Shown here: piece by piece, positions 57,028-64,000 of the stretch
Position numbering within the stretch: the first letter of the stretch is position 1
Layout of the letters: each line of letters begins with the position of its first letter
Origin: Alphaproteobacteria bacterium
Lineage (GTDB): Bacteria > Pseudomonadota > Alphaproteobacteria > JAAEOK01
Length of the DNA: 64,000 nt
Reading direction: 5' to 3'
NCBI GenBank assembly: GCA_024244705.1
Contig: JAAEOK010000060.1
Coordinates: 27,146-91,145 of the forward strand
Made by a program: the position numbers and the translations under genes
Notes under the pieces: model-generated
The model's input: only the letters and a program-made list of their open reading frames with translations
Database searches by the model: none
What the model was told of the DNA's origin: nothing

Positions 57028-57294
57028 ATGCCTTCGGAAAAAAGCCAGAATGTCCAGGATGTGTTCCTGAACCATGTCCGCAAGAACAAGACCCCGGTTA
57101 CGGTCTTTTTGATCAACGGCGTAAAACTTCAGGGTATCATTACGTGGTTCGATAATTTCTGCGTCCTCCTGCGCCGCGACCAACATTCGCAACTGGTCTA
57201 CAAGCACGCAATTTCGACGGTGATGCCGGCATCGGCGATCCAGCTGTTCGAAGCCGACAAGGAAGCCGCCGCCGCCGGAGCCGACGGCGAATGA
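57028..57294 (+). CDS. hfq: RNA chaperone Hfq
   Basis: [23 protein letters not shown]; AAAGGA SD. Confidence 0.98.
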   Translation: MPSEKSQNVQDVFLNHVRKNKTPVTVFLINGVKLQGIITWFDNFCVLLRRDQHSQLVYKHAISTVMPASAIQLFEADKEAAAAGADGE

Positions 57295-57301
57295 TCGAGG
57301 C

Positions 57302-58663
57302 TTGACCGAGCGCAGGCCAGCCGTAGGCGCGAATGGGAGCGATATAGAATCCGCTCTAGTCCTGCACCCGCTTATTCGTTCGACCTCAGCGGAGGATAAT
57401 CGGAGCGCCGAAGCTCGCCTCGACGAGGCGGTCGGTCTCGCGCAAGCGATTGAGCTTGTTGTTCCCCATGCCGAAATCGTTTCGGTGAGGCGTCCGCGTC
57501 CGGCGACATTGTTTGGTGCGGGGGCGGTGTCGGATCTTGCGTCGACGGTGACCGCCTTGGACATCGACGTGGTCATTGTCGACGCCGCCTTGAGCCCGGT
57601 TCAGCAGCGCAATTTGGAGCGCGCTTGGGAAGCAAAGGTGATCGACCGTACGGCGCTGATCCTTGAGATTTTCGGTGCCCGGGCGCGGTCCCGGGAGGGT
57701 TCGTTACAGGTCGAGCTTGCCCATCTCACCTACCAGCGCAGCAGACTGGTGCGAAGTTGGACTCATCTCGAACGGCAACGCGGCGGCCTCGGCTTCGTCG
57801 GCGGACCCGGCGAAACCCAAATCGAAATCGACCGCCGCCTGATCGGCGAACGGATCATTCGAATCAAGCGTGAATTGAAGACGGTAACGCGGACCCGCGG
57901 TATTCATCGCGCGGCGCGGCGGCGGGTCCCGTTCCCCGTAGTCGCCCTCGTCGGCTATACCAATGCCGGCAAGTCGACATTGTTCAATCGCCTCACCGGG
58001 GCCGATGTCCGCGCGCAGGATATGTTGTTTGCCACCCTCGACCCGACCATGCGGCGGATTGAATTGCGGTCGGGACGCGAGGCCATCCTGTCCGATACGG
58101 TTGGCTTCATATCCGATCTGCCGACCGATTTGATCGCGGCTTTTCGGGCAACCCTCGAGGAGGTCGTCGAGGCGGACCTGGTGGTCCATGTCCGCGACAT
58201 CTCCCATCCCGATGCCGAGGCGCAGAAAGAGGACGTCCAGACGATCCTCGAGGATCTTGGTCGCAACGACCTGTCCGATGGACGGGGCATCGAAGCCCTG
58301 AACAAGGCCGATCGGCTCGATGATTCTGTTCGCTCTGCCATAATGGCGCGGCTTTTGGGCGGCAATTGGCCGGCGGTGCTGGTTTCGGCGCTGACCGGCG
58401 AAGGCTGCGTCGAGTTGATCGACCGCATCGACGCCACGTTCGACTCGGCGCGATGCGCGGTCGAGATCTCCATCGCGCCGTCCGAGGGCGCCAAGCTCGC
58501 TTGGCTGTATCAGAATGGTACCGTGCTGAGCCGTGAAGACGGGCCCGACGAAATTCGCCTGTTGGTTCGCCTCGATGAGGCGGATATCGGTCGTTTCGAG
58601 CGCCTCAAATCGGGCCCGGAAAGCACGAAAGAGGAGGCTGACGTCTCACGTTCGATGCGTTGA
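57302..58663 (+). CDS. hflX: GTPase HflX
   Basis: GYTNAGKST, LFATLDPT, DTVGF, NKAD. Confidence 0.97.
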   Translation: MTERRPAVGANGSDIESALVLHPLIRSTSAEDNRSAEARLDEAVGLAQAIELVVPHAEIVSVRRPRPATLFGAGAVSDLASTVTALDIDVVIVDAALSPVQQRNLERAWEAKVIDRTALILEIFGARARSREGSLQVELAHLTYQRSRLVRSWTHLERQRGGLGFVGGPGETQIEIDRRLIGERIIRIKRELKTVTRTRGIHRAARRRVPFPVVALVGYTNAGKSTLFNRLTGADVRAQDMLFATLDPTMRRIELRSGREAILSDTVGFISDLPTDLIAAFRATLEEVVEADLVVHVRDISHPDAEAQKEDVQTILEDLGRNDLSDGRGIEALNKADRLDDSVRSAIMARLLGGNWPAVLVSALTGEGCVELIDRIDATFDSARCAVEISIAPSEGAKLAWLYQNGTVLSREDGPDEIRLLVRLDEADIGRFERLKSGPESTKEEADVSRSMR

Positions 58664-58750
58664 TCGGCGGCGTCGGAACGATGGCTTGGCCGCAAATCCT
58701 CCATCATCCGGTCCGTTGTTCACCTTCTCCCTGAATTTGCTCAGGTTTTT

Positions 58751-58778
58751 CTTGACCGCAGCGTAATTCTGCCCACAT
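58751..58778 (+). promoter_or_regulatory. RpoH (sigma32)-type promoter of groESL
   Basis: CTTGAC 58751-58756 and CCCACAT 58772-58778. Confidence 0.65.
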
Positions 58779-58783
58779 AGGAC

Positions 58784-58810
58784 TTGGCACTCCTGAATGG
58801 CGAGTGCTAA
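58784..58810. promoter_or_regulatory. CIRCE element (HrcA operator)
   Basis: TTGGCACTC-N9-GAGTGCTAA. Confidence 0.93.
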
Positions 58811-58865
58811 TAGTTGGAATTTTCGAATCAGGACCAGATTTACCGTTACCTAGTGGGGGAATGCT

Positions 58866-60813
<1,948 letters not shown>

Positions 60814-60837
60814 CGCGCCGTCCACAAGCCGAATTCG

Positions 60838-60868
60838 AAGGGCCGCCCGACAAGGCGGCCCTTTTTTT
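60838..60868 (+). terminator. Intrinsic terminator of groESL
   Basis: AAGGGCCGCC-CGACAA-GGCGGCCCTT followed by a T tract. Confidence 0.9.
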
Positions 60869-60982
60869 GGCGACTAGCCAGCGGGATTAATCTGGCGGCC
60901 GCGATCATGGCAACAGGGCGACCCGAGCCCACCAATGAGAATATTTCATGCTGATCGGATGAGAATTAGTAATATAAATAAA

Positions 60983-60995
60983 TATCAAATACTTA
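60983..60995 (+). promoter_or_regulatory. IHF consensus site
   Basis: TATCAA-ATAC-TTA matches WATCAANNNNTTR, with an upstream A/T tract. Confidence 0.5.
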
Positions 60996-61011
60996 AAACC
61001 TATCTCTCAAC

Positions 61012-61767
61012 TTAATCCTCGCGATGAATGCTCAGCGGCGCGAACGATTGAGTCAACGGCATCACTTCCAACCGGTTGATATTGATGCGGTTCGGAAGCG
61101 ACGTGATCCAAAATATCAATTCCGCAATATCTTCTGCCGGCAGCGCCCCCGAATTCTCGTAAACCGCCGCGGCGCGCTCGGAGTCTCCCTTAAAACGGGT
61201 CTCCGAAAAATCGGTTTCACACAGTCCCGGTTCGAGGCTGGTGGCGCGAATCCCCTTGCCGAGAAGATCGGCGCGGAGCTGCAGCGAGAAGAAATTCACG
61301 AAGGCTTTCGTCGCGCCATAGATGTTTCCGCCGGGATAGGCATAGGTTCCGGCAACGGAGCCGAGGTTGACGATATGGCCATGACGGCGCGCGACCATGC
61401 CCGGAAGGACGGCATGGGTGGCATACAGCAGGCCCTTGATATTGGTGTCGATCATGACTTCCCAGTCTTCGATGTCCGCGTCTTGCACTTTGTCCAACCC
61501 GAGGGCCAGGCCGGCGTTATTGATCAGGACATCGATCTCGTCGAACGGTGCGGGGAGGGATCTGACGCCGTCGTAAACGGCGTCGCGGTCGCGGACATCG
61601 ACATTGAGGACATGGACCGGGGTCTCGAGCTCTTCCTGCAACGTGGTGAGCCGGTCCATGCGCCGCGCCAGCAGCACCAGCGTAGCCCCGGCCTTGGCGT
61701 AGCGACGCGCGCTGGCGGCGCCGAATCCGGAGGTGGCGCCGGTAATGAAGACGACCTGGTCGTTCAT
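61012..61767 (-). CDS. YdfG-like NADP-dependent short-chain dehydrogenase
   Basis: TGATSGFG, NNAGLALG, YGATK. Confidence 0.9.
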   Translation of the reverse strand: MNDQVVFITGATSGFGAASARRYAKAGATLVLLARRMDRLTTLQEELETPVHVLNVDVRDRDAVYDGVRSLPAPFDEIDVLINNAGLALGLDKVQDADIEDWEVMIDTNIKGLLYATHAVLPGMVARRHGHIVNLGSVAGTYAYPGGNIYGATKAFVNFFSLQLRADLLGKGIRATSLEPGLCETDFSETRFKGDSERAAAVYENSGALPAEDIAELIFWITSLPNRININRLEVMPLTQSFAPLSIHRED

Positions 61768-61803
61768 CAAAACTCTCCTTCGGAAGAATGGGTCGCGGGC
61801 GAC

Positions 61804-62634
61804 CTAAGACGCGCCGTTGCGGCGTTCCCGTTCCTTGGCTTCGATCCAGAGCTTTTCCATTTCCTCGAGCCCGGCATCGCCCACTGCTGTACCACGCGCC
61901 TCGAGCCCGGTTTCAATCGCTTCAAAACGGCGGACAAATTTCGCATTGGTGCGGCGCAGGGCATCCTCGGGGTCGACCCCAAGGTGACGCGCCAGGTTGG
62001 CGCAGGCAAACAAAAGGTCGCCGATTTCATCGGCCAGCCGATCGTGATCGCCTGACGAAAGTTCCGCTTTGATTTCAGCGACTTCTTCATCGATCTTGTC
62101 AAAAACCGGCTTCGCATCGGGCCAGTCGAAGCCGACCCGCGCCGCGCGCTTCTGAAGTTTGTAGGCGCGAAGCAGCGCCGGCAATGCCGCCGGAAGTCCG
62201 CCCAGGACGCCGCCGGCGCGGGATTTCTCCCCATCCGAGGCTGCCTTGACGGCGCGTTCGGCGGCCTTTTGCTCTTCCCAGGCTCGGGTTTGCGATTCGG
62301 CGTCGTCGACGGTGGCGCCACCGAAGACGTGGGGATGACGACGCACCATTTTGTCCGATATGCCGGCGGCGACGTCGTCGAAGTCGAATTCGCCTTGCTC
62401 CTCCGCCATCCGCGCATGAAACACGACCTGCAGCAAAAGATCGCCTAATTCCTCGCGCAACTCGGTCAGATCGTTGCGTTCGATGGCATCGGCAACCTCG
62501 TAGGCTTCCTCGATCGTGTAGGGTGCGATCGTTGCGAAGTTCTGCTCGACATCCCACGGACAACCAGACACCGGGTCGCGCAGGCGTGCCATGATATCGA
62601 GGAGACGGTCGATCGGGGCGGGGACAGTCGACAT
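61804..62634 (-). CDS. mazG: Nucleoside triphosphate pyrophosphohydrolase
   Basis: LRDP..GCPWD, EEAYE, EELGDLL, RRHPHVF, EIGDLLF. Confidence 0.96.
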   Translation of the reverse strand: MSTVPAPIDRLLDIMARLRDPVSGCPWDVEQNFATIAPYTIEEAYEVADAIERNDLTELREELGDLLLQVVFHARMAEEQGEFDFDDVAAGISDKMVRRHPHVFGGATVDDAESQTRAWEEQKAAERAVKAASDGEKSRAGGVLGGLPAALPALLRAYKLQKRAARVGFDWPDAKPVFDKIDEEVAEIKAELSSGDHDRLADEIGDLLFACANLARHLGVDPEDALRRTNAKFVRRFEAIETGLEARGTAVGDAGLEEMEKLWIEAKERERRNGAS

Positions 62635-62801
62635 GACGGGCTAGCACGGTTTGAAGTGGGCTCTGAAGGCCGGCACGGTACACCAAGGTCACGGAACGTG
62701 GAAAGGTCGCGTGAGCGCCGAGACTGCGCGTGGAGCGGCCTGGAAAGGGCCGGGCCGTTTGGGGGAGTCGGTCCATGCAGCATCGCCCGAGTAGTATCAG
62801 A

Positions 62802-62829
62802 AAGTCGCATAATGTATATTATGGAAAAT
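62802..62829 (+). other. dif: dif site (XerC/XerD chromosome dimer resolution)
   Basis: AAGTCGCATAA-TGTATA-TTATGGAAAAT; E. coli dif is GGTGCGCATAA-TGTATA-TTATGTTAAAT; intergenic. Confidence 0.88.
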
Positions 62830-62948
62830 ATCGATTGCGATAGGCAAGGCAGCGCTTCGGTTCCGTCAAATGGTCACGCCGCACGTTAACGCCGGTCCGC
62901 ACCCAATTGATTTCACGGGATAACATCCGCTTTCCGGTACACACGCAC

Positions 62949-63893
62949 CTAGCGATAGGCCGATCGCACGGAGGGTGCGCCGCGGAGGGCTCGGGCCATC
63001 CCCGGTACCTCGAGCAAATGGACGCCCAGTGCGACAACGGGCGTAATCGGCAACACATACCACGGCACGCGATAAGCGACGTGGAAGCGAATACAATTGA
63101 TCGTGCTCTTGATCGTTCGAAAGGCGACGATCAAAGGGATCCCCGCATAACCGAGACGCAACAGCCAAGCCCGCGGTAAGGAGCGATCGATCTGCCGCGA
63201 GCGGATCGAAGCGAACCCGGTTTGGGTCCGAACTGCATACTCGAACCGCCAACCGTCATGGGAGTGCACGACATGGGCGGCCGGCTCGTGATAGAGGCGG
63301 TAGCCGGCGCTTCGCACCCTCTTTCCATGAAGGCCGGTTCCGAATGGGCCGACCTCGTTGGTCAACGGATGGCGGAAAAACACGGAGCGCTGGAAGATCG
63401 CGTTGTTGTTCGTCACATAGGTCATCTCACCAGGCGGAAAAGCTTCCAGCGGAGCACGTTGGAGGATGGCGAGAATTCGAAAGATGAAGCCCCGGTTGCC
63501 ATAGGTCGTGCGACCGCACACGGCTGCGGCATCCGGTCGTGCCCGAATCGCTGCGACCAGATAACGCAGCCACGACGGGTCGGGCACCGAGTCTGCATCG
63601 AGAGTGGCGAATAGCTCCGTGTTCGCTTCGCGAGCACCGTCGAGCACCAGATCATAGGCGGTGGTCCCGTCCGAAATCAGAATCCGTAGCGCAGGAAGAA
63701 TTTCGACCAGATCGTCGGGAATGCGCTCGGCATGGGCCCGGCTTTCCACGAAAAACACGTCAAAATGCTCTTCGATGTCCTGCGCCGCGATGCCCCTCAG
63801 GCTGCGCCGAAGATCGGCCCATGCCGCCGCCTGATCGACCCCATAGTCGATGACGACAACAACCGTGACCGCCGCCTCTTTCAGGGCTTCCAC
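62949..63893 (-). CDS. Glycosyltransferase family 2-like protein with C-terminal membrane helices
   Basis: LRGIAAQD, FATLDAD (DxD), PDPSWL, HEPAAHVVH; GAGGAG SD 8 nt before GTG. Confidence 0.75.
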   Translation of the reverse strand: MEALKEAAVTVVVVIDYGVDQAAAWADLRRSLRGIAAQDIEEHFDVFFVESRAHAERIPDDLVEILPALRILISDGTTAYDLVLDGAREANTELFATLDADSVPDPSWLRYLVAAIRARPDAAAVCGRTTYGNRGFIFRILAILQRAPLEAFPPGEMTYVTNNNAIFQRSVFFRHPLTNEVGPFGTGLHGKRVRSAGYRLYHEPAAHVVHSHDGWRFEYAVRTQTGFASIRSRQIDRSLPRAWLLRLGYAGIPLIVAFRTIKSTINCIRFHVAYRVPWYVLPITPVVALGVHLLEVPGMARALRGAPSVRSAYR

Positions 63894-64000
63894 CAGCCAT
63901 ACTCCTCGATTCGAATCAACGCATGCGGCATCTTATCAAGGTTGACCGAGACACCCCACGTCCCTCCTCTTTCGGACAGCGAGATCGATTTGACGATCGA

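Noticed and set aside
61804-62634. mazG as an anti-phage or abortive-infection gene
   Set aside because: Full-length tandem-domain housekeeping MazG in its usual neighbourhood
63894-63906. Out-of-frame ATG at 63900 suggesting a frameshifted GT start
   Set aside because: The SD is only 1 nt from that ATG but 8 nt from the in-frame GTG at 63893, so no frameshift is needed

Overview
High-GC core-chromosome segment of an alphaproteobacterium; gene order suggests a Rhodospirillales-like organism (inference). In order: 3' end of dnaE; rpsB-tsf-pyrH-frr-uppS-cdsA-dxr-rseP-bamA-skp-[no lpxD]-fabZ-lpxA-lpxI-lpxB-gloA; gltA; gltX; comEC; lexA-moeA-moaC-trpCDG-trpE-ppiD; tpiA-secG-pyrG-kdsA; an inserted MshEN-like/AAA+ ATPase plus a stand-alone receiver protein; eno-ftsB; pdhABC-orf-lpdA-lipA-Coq10; CPBP-cinA-pgpA-ispDF; ccsA-like-dusB-ntrBC-ntrYX-trkA-HAD-hfq-hflX; CIRCE-groESL; SDR-mazG; a dif site; a GT2 glycosyltransferase. 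I saw no tRNA, rRNA, CRISPR array, transposase or prophage. Most of the window is ordinary housekeeping DNA. The strongest leads are: (1) a two-gene insert (degenerate tandem MshEN + winged helix + AAA+ ATPase, and a RocR-like lone receiver) with a palindromic operator and structured leader, possibly an uncharacterised signalling module; (2) a lipid A block lacking lpxD whose four remaining genes carry substitutions in normally conserved motifs; (3) a clear XerCD dif site at 62802-62829, placing the window at the replication terminus. All calls are by-eye motif recognition; no searches were run.
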